A stretch of 64,000 nucleotides of DNA from positions 29,671 to 93,670 of IMG/VR virus record IMGVR_UViG_3300045988_131075; one strand, 5' to 3'. Source of the stretch: a virus. The notes beneath the pieces are model-generated. The model saw nothing but the letters and a program-made list of their open reading frames with translations. It searched no databases and was not told where the DNA came from. The number at the start of each line of letters is the position of its first letter. The stretch's first letter is position 1. Positions 13,428 through 27,213 of the stretch are shown in pieces. The position numbers and the translations under genes are program-made.

Positions 13428-16400
13428 TTGGCTGATAATGCACTAAATATTCAAGAAAGTTTATGTCAAGCAATGAGTATCATTGCTAATTCGAGTGTTG
13501 ATAAAGTTAAATTTGATAGCACAATTGAATGTACTATTATTGATGCGACTGATAAACTTATTGGTAAGTATAAGGTTAAAAATGAATCTTATGCGGAATT
13601 TTATGCTTATTCCCAAATAACCACTTATAATAAAGGTGATAAAGTGTATGTATAGATTCCAAAAGGAGATTATAATAGCACTAAATTTATTGTCGGTAAA
13701 AAGACAGATAAAAATGAAGATAAACCATATAATTTTGTCAATCCTTTTAATACTTTTATTGATTTAACTGGTAATTTTTTTATTGCCAAAGATAATAATA
13801 AAGAAGTTTGGAGTATCTTAGCTAATGGCAATGAAGAGGAAATTGAAATTACTCCAAATGGCGGAATTACCTTTACTGATGAGCAATAGGGATTTACGCG
13901 GTTGGGGTTGCGTGCCGATTTCCGCGCCTGGCTTGAAATGCTCGGTGTAGTAAGTGGTAATTATGGATTAAAATTAAATATATATGGTATTAAAGATGAT
14001 ACTGCGGACAATATTAAAAAAATAGAAAATAGTATTAAAAATAATGGAGAAATCCCTTTAATTGCATCTATTGATTTAGATACTAATGATATGTATGGCA
14101 ATCCTTATAATTTTGAAGGATATTATTCTCAAGAAATTGTTATTGATACTAGCGCAGTAGCTAAAATATATAATATAAAAATATTTTTATATCAAAAAGG
14201 TAATTTTAAAGATAGTAATAATAATTTAATTAGTTATGCTAATGATTTCAATATGTCAATTCCGCCCAATAATATCTTTGTAAAAGATATATACATGGGG
14301 TTAGGCATTTCCGCAGATGAAATAGAAAATGAATATGTAAGATTATATTCATTAGATGGAAGTACTTATGTAATTGACGATAAAGGTTAGATTGATTCTA
14401 AAACTATTAGATTGAAATGGGTTCATTTTGATGAAGACGGCAATAGAACTCAAATAACCGAACATAAAAAAGATGATACTTTTGAAGTTCATTGGTATAA
14501 ATATGAATTTGGAGCACCGTCCGCGGATGAATATTCTGGTGTCTATTGGACTGCAATTGAAGATAATAAAAATAATTTTTATTATTAGCTAAAACCGCGC
14601 TCTAATAAAAATCAAGAATAGGTTAAAGTAATTATTTTATACAATGGAAAAGTTTATAGAAGTAATATAATTACTTTTAATAATGAAAAACAAGTTCCTA
14701 ATGATGCGACTATTGATAGTTTAAATGCTTTGTCTATTCACTGTGAAGATTAGACTAATGGTAATTATTTAATTTATAATTAGGCTAATTATTTGATGAA
14801 TAGATCAGATGGAAAAATTAGTCGTAAACTAACCTTACATTTTGATTCTAAAACTTATGCTATTAGCAATGGTATAATTGGTAAAAATTAGAATGGAGAA
14901 AGTAAATTAGTTGAAGCTTAGAGAGTAATTTGGCAGATTCCTATTAAGAATACTATGCTTAATTTTGGTATTAAAGATGATGGAACTGATGCTACTTACA
15001 AAGAAATCATTATTGATTTAACTAATGAAAACGTCAGTGTTTCTCCTGGAGAATTTTTTTTAAACTACACCATTAATACTTTTTATAGTAGCAATAAATC
15101 TAACAATACTGTAATTGCTAAAATAGAAAAGGATGGTATCGTTTATACTGCTATTAAAGATTTCACTTTTGGATAGGCAGGAACTAATGGTACTGATTGT
15201 ACTTTGGTAATTGATATGATAGCTCACGAGAATTTAAATAATAAAGTATTTACTGCTATAAGAAGTAGTGGTGACGTAAGAGATAATTATATTTTTAGAG
15301 CTTAGTTATATGATAATGAAGGTAAGGAAATTACTGATTTTAAAAATTGTAATTGGACTTGGAGTTTTATGCCTGGGTCAATTGTTGATAATATTGATTT
15401 ATAGAATACTAATAATTAGAATTGTGTGTTAAGAGTTAATATCACAAATTCTATAATGAATAATTTAATTATTTTATAGGTAAAATTATCTGGTTGGGGA
15501 GACTATGATTTAACTGCTTATTATCCAGTTCCTATTACGACTTTAGATAATGCTTATATAAATGGTCCAACAGAGGTAATTTATTTAAGTAATGGTGAAC
15601 CTACATTTTCTAAAGAACCTTATAAATTATTTATAGACGGAAAAATAGATGAAACTGTGACTTGGAGCATTTATTCTAGCAATTCTGATGATGCTTTTAT
15701 TGGTAAAGTTAATTATAATAAGGATAAAAAAGAATATAGATTAAGTCCTATGAGTTTTTACGTTGATGGTGTAAGCGTTTATGGAGTCCAAGGAAAATAG
15801 AGAAATAAGATAGTTTGGACGTAGCCTATTTTAGTATTATAGAATAAATATCCATCTGCTATGGTAAATAAATGGGATGGAAAATTTTATACTGATGTAG
15901 AAAATAATTTTTTAGGTGTAGCTTAGATCGCTGCAGGTAAAAAAGATAAAAATGCTAATACTTTTACCGGAGTATTAATTGGTGATTTTGGAACAAAACA
16001 AAATGCAGATTCAAGTATTTCTTATAATACTGGTGTTTATGGATATAATAATGGGTATCAAGTTTATGCTTTAAAAGATGACGGAACTGCTACTTTTGGT
16101 AAATCTAGCACAGGATAGATTATAATTAATGGAACTTCAAGTATTATAGAATCTAAAGATTTTGAATATACTTATAATGAGTCTGGAGCTAGTGTAATAA
16201 CAGGGTTAAGTTTAGATTTATTAAATGGTAAAATTTATGCTTAGTCTGGTACTTTTAGTGATAATATTAAAATTAATTATAATGGTTCTACGGGATAGCC
16301 TTGGTATATTTAGTATGGAGCGGGAGAAAAATCATTAAGTGATATATTAAATGCAATTGGTAGCGCTGCTGCTGAAGCTAAAAGTGCCGCTAGTGCGGCG

Positions 16401-16751
16401 GGGGCTGCTGCTACTAAAGCTCAATAGGCAGCAGATGCAGCCGCGGATGTAGCGGAAACAGCTGCTTCAATTTCTATAGTAGCTAACAATGCTGCGTCTA
16501 ATGCATAGAGTGCGGTAGATGATTTAAGTTATTTATCAAAAATTTTGAATTATAAAAATAGTAGTAATATTTATTTAGGTCCTTCTGTTGAATATTCTTC
16601 TACTCCCAATTTAACTATTTTTAATGGCACAATTGGCTTAATGGGAGGAACTGGTAATTATCTTAATGTGACTGATAGGTCTATCTATTTACAAGGTCCC
16701 GTTGTAATAAATGGTTCATTGACTCTCAATGGAAAAGAAATAACAGGTTAA
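13428..16751 (+). CDS. Tail or baseplate structural protein, about 1107 aa, with about 28 TAG codons.
   Basis: TTG start after RBS AAAGGAGGG. The frame is continuous through all track fragments (13428, 13902, 14955, 16545) and ends at TAA. Confidence 0.5.
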
Positions 16752-16773
16752 ATTAAAAAGGAGAAAAAGGAAA

Positions 16774-16950
16774 ATGAAAGAACAAGATATTAATTTTTTA
16801 AAAGTTTTATACAATACTCTTTCTTTAGTATCAACTAAAGGAGAAGATACTATTCTTATGGGAGAGTGTTTAAAACAATTAAGAGATTTTACAAATAGAT
16901 TAGTAGATCTTCAAGAGGAGAAGAATAACGAGAATAATTAGGAGGGATAA
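16774..16950 (+). CDS. Small protein, 58 aa, with one TAG.
   Basis: RBS AAAAAGGAG precedes the ATG. Stop is TAA. Confidence 0.4.
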
Positions 16951-16951
16951 A

Positions 16952-19831
16952 ATGGTTAATAAATTATATCCACCTATTATATCTGGAACTTTACCAGCAT
17001 TTGTTGGATAGGAAATTACTATTCCATTTCAAATGAATCGTGCAGTTAGTATGGTAGAAGTTTCAGGATTATGTTATATAATTAAAACAGTGTCAAGCAA
17101 TGTCGTAATTGCTTAGGGAACAACCGCGGATTTTACTCCAAGCAAAGTCCGCGGTTGTTTGGAACAAGGTTCTATTACTTTTAATATAAATCTTAAATCA
17201 ATTACTAATAATGGAAAACCTATTCAATATAAATTAAATCCAGGATAGTCTTACAAAATTCAGTTAGCATATATTAATACTAATGGAGTAGTTGGATATT
17301 ATTCTACGGTTGGTATTGCTAAATGCACGACTAAGCCCGCAGTTTATATAAAAGGTTTTGAAGATAATTTAGTAGGAATAAATAAAACAAATTTTATTGG
17401 AGTATATAGCCAAAAAGAAAAAAATGATGATATTACTGAAAAAGTTTATTCATATAGATTTAAAGTGTATGATGAAAATGGTAATATTTTTGCTGATAGT
17501 GAAGAGCAATTACATAATTCAATTAATGACACGGAATTAAATGAAAGTTATGATAGTTTTGAATTAAATAAAGAATTACAAAAAAATAAAAATTATTTTA
17601 TTCAATATTCTATAACTACTATTAATAACTATGAAGCAGAGAGTGTTAGATACCAAATCATTAATAGAGAAACTATTAATCCAGAATTACAAGCAACCCT
17701 TTCCGCTACTATGGATGAAAATAATGGATATGTAAAAATTAATTTAAATGGAATCCGCGATAAAAAAACAGGGTTAGAAATTCCTGCTACTGGGGCTTTT
17801 GCTTTATTAAGAGCCAGTAGCGAAGATGATTTCAATACTTGGAATACAGTATTAAAATTTAAATTAGTTGGTGAAACTCCATCAAGAGAATTATATAGAG
17901 ATTTTACTGTCGAGCATGGGTTTAGTTATCAATATGCGGTTTAGCAGTATAGCGATGAAACCGCGGTCCGCAGTAATAAAATTTTCTCTAATACGATATA
18001 TAGTATTTTTGAAGATAGTTTTTTATACAGCAATGGACAGCTATTAAGAATAAGATTTAATCCAAAAGTAAGTAGTTTTAAAATCAATACTCTTGAAAGT
18101 AAAACTGATACTATTGGAAGTCAATATCCTTATATTTTCAGAAATGGAAATACTTATTATCACGAATTTCCTATAAGTGGTTTAATTTCTCACCTTATGG
18201 ATGAAGATCATTTGTTTATAGATAAATTGGGCGATGATGAAATTAAAGATTTTACATCAACTGATTTGACTAACTATAATATTAATATAGAGCGTCAATT
18301 TAAAACTAAAGCTTTAGAATTTTTAACCGATGGAGAACCTAAATTATTTAAGTCTCCAACTGAAGGAAACTTTATTGTGCGTTTATTAAATGTAAGTTTA
18401 AGTCCAGAAGATAAATTAGGTCGTATGCTTCATACATTTAATGGAACCGCCTATGAAATTGATAAAGTTAGTTTTGATAATCTTACTACTTATGGATTTA
18501 TTAACGCGGACCCGCCTGAAAGCGAAATTCTTAAATGGGATAGTATTTCTTTTGATGGATGGTATAAAATTAATGGGTATATTGATGATGTAAATACCTA
18601 TATTGATAACTTAAAAGATGAAAATTTAACTTAGGCAGAAATTAAGAAATTACAAGCAAATAAACAAACTTGTTTAGATAATTTATTACAAACGTTAAGT
18701 TTTTATCCTATGTTTGAATTACTATATAATGGAGATCATTATAGCTTATAGACTAAAGATATCTTGGCTAATTCTCCTGCAATAACTATTCGATTTGAAG
18801 GTTTTGCTCCTGGAGATAAATTTAATGTTGATGGAGAAGAAATTGTTATTGGTATTACAGGAGCTTATTTAATAGATCATGTAGCTCCTATTCATAGTGT
18901 AAAAATAATTGAATTATCCGACGTAGGATTACAGCAAGGAACTATTGTATATTCTTATTATGGTAAACAAGCAAGTAAATTTGATACTATTAGTGATATT
19001 CAAGTTGCTGACTTACCTTTAGAGCAATATTACGGCACTGAGGGTAATATTTTAAATCTTTATAATGATAATTTCAAATATAAAATCACAAAAATTTATT
19101 TCTTGCGTTTTACGAAGCGCGAAGTATAGAAACTATATACTAATAATAGAGTTAATTTTTATATAGCTCCTGATAGGGCATTGGAAGATAATAATTATAC
19201 TATGGAGATTAAGCGCGAAGATTTTGATCCAACTTTAATTTATCATGTGTATGTAGTTAAAGAAAATGAAGAAAGAGATTATTATATTGATGGTTATACT
19301 AAAAAGGAAATTTATGATTCAGGTATTTTAGTAGATGAGAAAAACTGGGCTTGTAATATTAGAATAAATGAAGATAATAAATAGATTATTGGTATAGACC
19401 ATAAAAATGAATATCAAATAAAAGATTTGACTGATATTACTTCTATTGAAATTGATCCTGGCGTTTTATGTGAATTGTCAGTACAACGTCAAGAAATAGT
19501 TTATTCTTTTGAAAATGATAACCAAACTACTTATAGAATTTTTAATGGTTAGACTTATACTACGACAACTATTTATCAATTAAAGCAAAATTGGTTAAGA
19601 GCTAAAAAAGCTTTAAAAGATTTTAAAGAATTAGAACAAGATAAAAGCAATCCTGACTTCTCTAATGATGATCCATTTTATAATGTAAATCAAAATAATA
19701 TTTAGGATTGTATAAAAAAATACAATAGAAAAGTAGCAGAATTACAAAAAACTATAGACGAAACTTATACTTTATTCATTAATACTTTAAGAAAGGCGGT
19801 AGAGGATTATGAAGACTCAAAGACAATATGA
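16952..19831 (+). CDS. Tail or baseplate structural protein, about 959 aa, with about 15 TAG codons.
   Basis: The ATG at 16952 is in frame with track ORFs 17465, 18197, 18764 and 19181. The stop is TGA at 19829-19831 and overlaps the next gene. Confidence 0.5.
17117..17157 (+). repeat. 12-bp perfect inverted repeat (aacaaccgcgga ... tccgcggttgtt) with a 17-nt spacer, lying inside the coding sequence.
   Basis: Read directly from the sequence. It has a GC-rich core that includes two CCGCGG sites. Confidence 0.6.
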
Positions 19832-22115
19832 TACCGACTTTCTTAAAAAGTTAGATGAATTTAAACATAAAGTAGTTTATGCTCGTATTGAGCTACTAAC
19901 ATTTGATGAATTACCAATAGAAAGTATAGAGGGTAAGATAACCGGCGGATCAATTAATATTGATGGAACATCTGCGGTCCGCCGATCTTGTTCTCTTACT
20001 ATGGCCACGAATGAGAAATTATATAAACAATATTCTTGGGGTTTAAATTCTAAGTTTAGTTTGGCTATTGGATTAGAAAATAAAATTGATAATAAATATC
20101 CAGATATTATTTGGTTTAATCAAGGTATTTATTTAATTACATCTTTTAATACTTCTCAAAGTGCTAGTTCATATAACATCTCTATTCAAGGTAAAGATAA
20201 GATGTGCCTATTAAATGGAGATTTAGGAGGAGATTTACCTGCTTCTGTAGATTTTGGACAAGAAGAAGTAATTACTTATAGCTATAATAAACAAAATAAT
20301 ATAACTAAAGATAGTTATATAAAAGGTAAATATTGCTATATTGTTAATAGTGAAGAAGAAGCAAAAAAATATAATATTTATTACATTTCTACTTAGAATA
20401 AACAAACTACTTATTATGTTTTAGATGAAGAAGAGTTTAGTAATAAAGAGTATTATTTAAGGGAAAGCTATTTGAATTTAATTTCAATTCCTATTTAGAC
20501 TATTATTAAAAAACTTCTTACAGTTTATGGCAAAGAAAAAGAAAATAATATAATTATTAATGATTTAGACCAATATGGTTATGAGTTATTAGCTAATAAA
20601 TGCGATGAAACTATGTATTTCTTCAAAGACGCGCAAACGAATAGAATAGTTAATGCTTCAATAGGGACAATGCCTACTTTATTAGATATAAATAATAATA
20701 AAATAACTGATATGAGTAGTATTAAATTCGATAATTTAGATAGTAATAAATTATTAGATGATGTTCCTGAACCGACTAGAGTAAGACTGGTAAATAATGG
20801 AACTATTTACACTATTATAAGTCGAACAACCAATGAAACAGTTGGTTATCGTATTTGTGATTTAGTCTACGCAGGAGAACTTATTACTAGTGTCGGTGAA
20901 AATATAACCAGCGTATTAGATAAGATTAAAAATATGTTAAGTTGTTTTGAGTATTATTATGATATAGATGGTAGATTTATTTTTTAGCGAAAGAAATTTT
21001 ATGAATACCAGTCTTGGAATAATATAGTAAATAATTCTAATGGAGATAGTTATATTGAGCCTGCGGTTTATTCTTCTTCTTCAATTTATTCTTTTAGAGA
21101 TGGATAGACGGTTATTTCTTTTAATAATACTCCATAGATTGCTAATCTAAGAAATGATTTTTCTATTTGGGGATAGAGAGAAAGCGCCAGCGGGGCGGAA
21201 ATTCCTATTCATTTAAGATATGCAATAGATCAAAAACCTATTCAATATACCACAATTATTGTGAATAATAATGATATAAGTAGGTATAAATCTACAATGT
21301 ACAATAATGATATTTTTGATACTATGAATCCGCAATTAGAGCAAAAAACTTATAAAAACAAATGGTATCAAAGTGAAAATGAGCCGGGAGTTATTTATTG
21401 TGATTGGCGTGAAGTTTTATATCGTATGGCTGTAGATTATTATCAATATAATTATGCAGATGATTTTACTAGTAAAGTGGCAACCGCTAACCCTGATTTC
21501 TATCCTTCTGGAATAACTGGTTATGAAACTTATTATGTAGATTTATTTTCTTTTTGGAGAGATATTTATGATTATAATAAGTTAGATTTTAAAGAAGAAG
21601 TAAAGAATAATCCTGAAAATTTAAATTTTTGGTTTGATTTTATTGGGGAAGAAAATGCGGATATTGCTAAATACTCAGTTCAATTAATCGGAGATAGAAC
21701 AAAAGCAATTAATGATACTAATATAAAAGTTATATGTTATAGAGATACACCTGATGTATTATTTATGACATAGACAGATTATGATTCTATTATTTAGAAT
21801 AATTATCCAACAGAAAGTGGGTATATTTGGATTAATATTCCTTCTGGATATGATAATTATTTTAAAATTAGTTCTAAGGGTAAGAGCGCAGTTGATGAAA
21901 TTGAAGATTTACTTTACACGACCGCTTACTGCACGGAAAGCGTTTCAATTTCTACTATTCCAGTTTATTATTTAGAACCTAATAATAGAATTTATATTGA
22001 AGATAAAAGAAGTGGCGTTGAAGGAGAATATTTAGTTAATAAAATAACTATTCCATTAACTTATAATGGTTCAATGTCTATTAGTGCCACCAAAGCAATA
22101 TCAAGAGTATATTAA
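19809..22115 (+). CDS. Tail-associated structural protein, about 768 aa, with an N-terminal region like the tail-tip or minor-structural-protein family.
   Basis: ATG 19809 is in frame with track ORFs 20613 and 21261. Stop is TAA at 22113-22115. The N-terminal VYARIELLTFDE ... GGSINIDG pattern resembles tail tip proteins. Confidence 0.45.
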
Positions 22116-22128
22116 GGAGGACCACTAA

Positions 22129-22473
22129 ATGGCAAGAAAGATAAGACAAATTCGTTATTATGGTGAAGGTCTTAACTCTAAGAACTATCCAAGTGATGTT
22201 AATATGAGTAAGCTAATTACAGGAACCGCATTTAAAAATAATAATCAAAATGTGTTGATTACTCAGTTGGGTATTTAGACTTTACCAGGAACGAAATTTT
22301 ATTTGAATGATAGCGCTAATGCTATTATTGTTGGAAATACTGGTATTTATGAATTAGATTTAGAAGGTATTTCTACTATTAATTTAATTAAATTTGATAG
22401 AAGTTCTATGAATTTGATTAACCAAAATAAAGAAGCATATCTTATTATAGATTATTTATTTGAGGAGGGTTGA
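22129..22473 (+). CDS. Hypothetical protein, 114 aa, with one TAG.
   Basis: RBS AGGAGG precedes the ATG. Stop is TGA. Confidence 0.45.
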
Positions 22474-22475
22474 TA

Positions 22476-24749
22476 ATGGGTTTTTATGGTAATATAAGTA
22501 ATACTTCAAAAACGACCTTCACTTTTGATAGAATTTATAATAATAGACTTCAAATGGATAACAATTGCGCGAGCGATGGAGTATTTTTAGGTCGCTATGT
22601 TTTAGTTGAGTATGGCCTTCCGGCTTCTTAGTATATAATAGGCTATCTTGACAATAATGGGAATATGTATGATGACCCTGCTGATAGAAGTGATTCTCAC
22701 ATTATTTTATGTGAAAAGGGTAAAATGGTAAAGGTTAATAGAAATAGATATTGGTATTTATATACAGGAGATACCAAATCTGATGGGTCTCCATATTGGA
22801 GATATCTTACTAGAATTACTAATGACAGAGTTGATGATGAATAGTATAATAAAAATTATCAAATAGATTATCCCGTTTATGGACGAGGATATGATTCTAC
22901 CGTTTGGATAAAACAATATATTAATAATCAAGAAACTTATATTTAGATTGCTGAATTAAATACTGTTGTTCCGAATTTTTCAATTTATCCATTGCTTCCT
23001 CAAGACCCATATGTTGCGGTTGATAATACTAATATTGTATATCAACCAGGTAAGTATTATTATTACGATGAAACTGATAGTCATTATAAATTAGATAATA
23101 ATGATACTAAAACTGAAGGACGTGTTTATTATTTAGAAAGTGAACTTGGACCTGCTATAACCGCGGATCAAAGTAGCACAAATTTACTTTATAAATTAAG
23201 AGTTCCCACTAATTTCCAACTTGATTTAGATGATAATAATATCTATTATAATAAAGAAGGATTTAGTAAGACAAAACGTTCTTATGATGGTATTACAGAC
23301 AATAGTATTAATTATAAATTAAGTTAGTCAGGATATAGATTTTATTATAATGTAGAATAGGATAATGTTGTTGGTGAGCCGATCGAAGATGGCTATGACC
23401 GCAAATCACTTGTAATAAAACTTCCTGCTCTTGGTAATGCAGTATGTGAAACTTATGATTTACTTTATGGCCAAAATCGTAATGATTCTGTTACTAATTT
23501 TGATAAAACTAATGTTAAGGGAGCTTTAAATACTCTTAATAAAAAAATGAATTTAGAAAAATTAGAGACTAATAAACTTATTTACTTTTCTACTGAAACT
23601 GACAATGATATTAATGACAATTATATGAAATCTGCAACTATTTAGGGAGATAATCTAATTTCAATAAATGCAGATATTGAAAAAAATGGTGGAGCTATTA
23701 AAATTACTCATAATAATTTAGATGTAAATAAAGCATCAAAAAGCTATGGTAAAGATGTTGATTTTAACACTTTTGGCTCTTCCATTACTTTACCTAAATT
23801 ATTTATTGATAGAGCTGGGCATGTTGTAAAAGAAGAAACATTCTCAGTTAGTATCCCAAAAGGCTCTTATGAAAATACTAAAGAGGGTAATGTTCTTACT
23901 TCTTTAAATTTTATTGATACTACTGGAGTTTTAAATAGTGAGAAATCTTATTTAGGTACTTTAACATTAGGAACTGGATATACTACTAACGATAAATTAA
24001 ATACTATCACTAAAGATACAACTCTTAATGATAGCATTAGTAAGTTGATTGATAACAGTGATAGTAAATATAATACTTTATTAGGACAAACTAATAATAA
24101 TTTTGGTAAAGACACTGTTCCAACTCTTTATGGCTTAAGACAAGGAATTAATACTGATAGAGATAGTATTAGTAATTTAAATGATAAAATTGATATTTTA
24201 AATGGAGCTGTATCTACTACTAATTCTGTTGCTTATAGTATTAAATAGGCTATTGATAAATTAGATAAAGCTGATAACAAGGTAGATAAACAATTTGTTA
24301 CGGCAGTAGAAGAAAAAGACGGTTTAATAACTGTTTCAAGAAGTGCCTTACAAGAAAGTGATTTACCTATTACTTTTGATGGAACTTATAGTAGTAGTAA
24401 TAAAGTTGCTACTATGAGTAGTTTAACTACTTTAAAAACAAGTCTTTTGGGTGACTATACTGGCACATTAGCTGATATAAATACTTTAGCAAGTAGTAAA
24501 TTAAATGAAAGTGCAGTGCGCAGTCTTACATATAATGCGACTTCTGGAAATAATGGAGCTAAAACAATAACAGAGATGTTTGATTTAATTGTAGAATTAT
24601 AGAATAAAAATACACAGTTAAATACAACTATCAAAGCATTATAGGATAAAGATATTGAATTAAATAATTTAATTGCTGGATTAAGAACTGATGTTGATGC
24701 TTTAAAAAATGGCTCAAATAATACTGATACTCCATCTGAAACAACTTAA
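22476..24749 (+). CDS. Tail fibre-like protein, about 757 aa, with many TAG codons.
   Basis: ATG 22476 is in frame with track ORFs 22992, 24045 and 24414. Stop is TAA. The protein is Asn/Thr/Ser-rich and fibre-like. Confidence 0.5.
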
Positions 24750-24756
24750 TTTAAAT

Positions 24757-24790
24757 AAAGGGTTTGGTCTTAATAGGCCAAACCCTTTTA
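24757..24790 (+). terminator. Rho-independent terminator.
   Basis: The aaagggtttggtc / ggccaaaccctttt stem is followed by T-rich sequence. Confidence 0.55.
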
Positions 24791-24837
24791 GTATTGATTA
24801 AAAAGATTTTATAAATAATAGAAAGGAGTTGATTATC

Positions 24838-25419
24838 TTGCCTAATACATTAAATAAATATGTAAAATTTGTCAGAGGTTCTAAAACCGCTTTTGAAAAT
24901 TTAGGGACGAAAAGAGACAATGATACTTTATATTTTATTTATGGGGAAAATGATTCTTCTGGAGAACTTTATTTAGGTAGTCGTCTAATTTGCGGTGGAA
25001 TTAGTTCCGCAGGTAAGTTAAGCGATTTAAGTGATATTGTTCTTAATGAAGTTAAGACAAATCAAGTTTTAATTTATAATGGAGAATAGAAAAAATGGGT
25101 TAATTAGGGTTTAGAAAATAATGAGACTTTAATTAATTCTATTGTTGAAAAATTATCTACAGAAGAAAATTTAGCTAAATTAGCTCCTGTTTTTAAGGGC
25201 ACAGTCCCGGGTTTAGTTCCTGTTTCTCTACATGAAACTAAAGGAAAACATATTCTTACCGACGCTGGTACATGGATTGATATGCCAATAGGAACATTAA
25301 CTTAGGGAGATATTGAAACAATTAATATAGCTAATAAATATTTAGTAGATAAGAGCCCTGATAATTTGGTAACTCGTGTTGAAGCAGTTGAACAAACTGT
25401 TTCTTGGTCTGATATTTAA
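24838..25419 (+). CDS. Hypothetical tail protein, about 193 aa, with 3 TAG codons.
   Basis: TTG start at good spacing from AAAGGAG. It extends track ORF 24829..25089 through TAG codons to TAA at 25417-25419. Confidence 0.4.
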
Positions 25420-25433
25420 AGGAGTGAAAAAGA

Positions 25434-27095
25434 TTGAACGTTAAATTTTTAAAAGGCTCTCAAGCCGAATTTGAAAAGGTGGCAGGTAGATATAAACCTG
25501 GTGCGTTTTATTTAGTAATTAATGATAATAAATCCGCTGATGATTATAAAAAACCAAGTCGTCTTTATTATGGTGTAGATGAAAATAATTGTGTTCCTGT
25601 AAATCAAGGTATTAATGTAGTTGATACTACAGCAGGTTTACCTCAAAGTTTTAACCAAAATACAGCAGGCGAATTTTATTATGTAAAAGATAAAAATATT
25701 TTATGTATTAACAATGGTAAAGGCTGGGTTCAAACAAATACTGATACTGTTTTGGATACTGATAAGAAAAATAGTAATGTGTCAGTAAATACCAGCCCTA
25801 ATAATGCTAACGGGGCTTCTATAACTAATACTATTGCTGATAGTAGCGGTAATGTTATTACTGAGACTTATGATATTGTTGGTAGTGATTATATTCAAGT
25901 TGAAGTAATTCCTGCGACCGATAATAAAGGTGTAGACACTGTTAAATTAAGTTTAAAAGGAGTTAATTATCAATTAAGTTCTTCTTTAAATAAAAAAACT
26001 TTAAATGTTAATCTAAAAAATGAAGATAAAGATGCGGGTAATTTTAATATTATTGCTGGTAGTAATGTCAATATTGCTGAAAGTTCTGCGGGTAATTATA
26101 CTTTAAGTGTCGATAAAGCAGTTAATGATATCAACGTAATTAATCACGCTACTAGTACTGGTTTTACTGCTTCTATTAGCGGCCCTGGCGTTGAAGGAGC
26201 TAGTAATAACACAACTTTATCTGCTGATATTGATCCAGAAATTGCTTTAGAAGGTAAGGACGGTAGCTATAAATTTAAAGATGGTGTTTTAACTCTTCCA
26301 GTTTATAGTAAGCAAGACATTGATAATTAGCTTAGAACGATCAATGCTATGGTTTTCCGTGGTGGATTCCAAATTAAAGATGGAGCCATTATCTATGATA
26401 GTTCTGATATTACTGAAATTGCTGAAGGTAATACCTTTATTTATACTGGCGCTGAAGATACTCTTTGGAACGGCCATTATTTACGTCCTGGGGATTTAAT
26501 TATCGCTTCTGGTAAAGAGGTTGATGGAGTTATTACTGGTACTATTAACTGGACTTATGTTCCTTCTGCTGATGATCCTGTTACCGAGGTTGAAGGAGCT
26601 AAAGATGAGAGCACTACTGGTTTTATTATTAAACTTGGTCCTACCAAAGAACTTTTAGAGTATGCTCTTAAAGGCGAAAATGGTATCACTTTAGAGACGA
26701 AAGTTATAAAAGATTCAAGTAATAACCCTACAAATTCTAAAGAAGTTACTATTAAACATAGTAATACTTTAACTGTAAATGCTCCAGTCTCTCAAGATTA
26801 TGCTGATGAGTAGACTATTGTTATCAATGAACCAACTGAAATTGATGCTCAAGGACATGTAGTAAAATCTACTCAAAAGACTTTTACAGTAAAAAATACT
26901 CATCAAGAGATTACTAATGCAGATTATACAGTAAATGGTACTGATACTTTAATTCCTAATCTTAAAGTTGCCGGTGCTGATCTTGAAGGTAAACCACTTG
27001 TTTTCGCTAGTGACAGCTTAAAGGTTAATGTTTCTGCGGCGACTACTACTAACGATGCAAAAGTTAGTTTTGAGTTAGAGTGGGGAACATTCTAA
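25434..27095 (+). CDS. Fibre or receptor-binding-like protein, about 553 aa.
   Basis: TTG start after AAAGGAG. Track ORFs 25434 and 26349 are in frame. Stop is TAA at 27093-27095. Confidence 0.5.
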
Positions 27096-27156
27096 GGGCA
27101 ATACTATTTAATAATAAATATAATTTTTTCTATTTTATATAGAAGAATGTTTTTAT

Positions 27157-27193
27157 GGGGAAAGATGAAATATTCTTTCCCCATATTTTTTTT
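27157..27193 (+). terminator. Rho-independent terminator.
   Basis: The ggggaaaga / tctttcccc stem is followed by a T8 run. Confidence 0.6.
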
Positions 27194-27213
27194 AGGATAG
27201 AAAGGAGTAAATT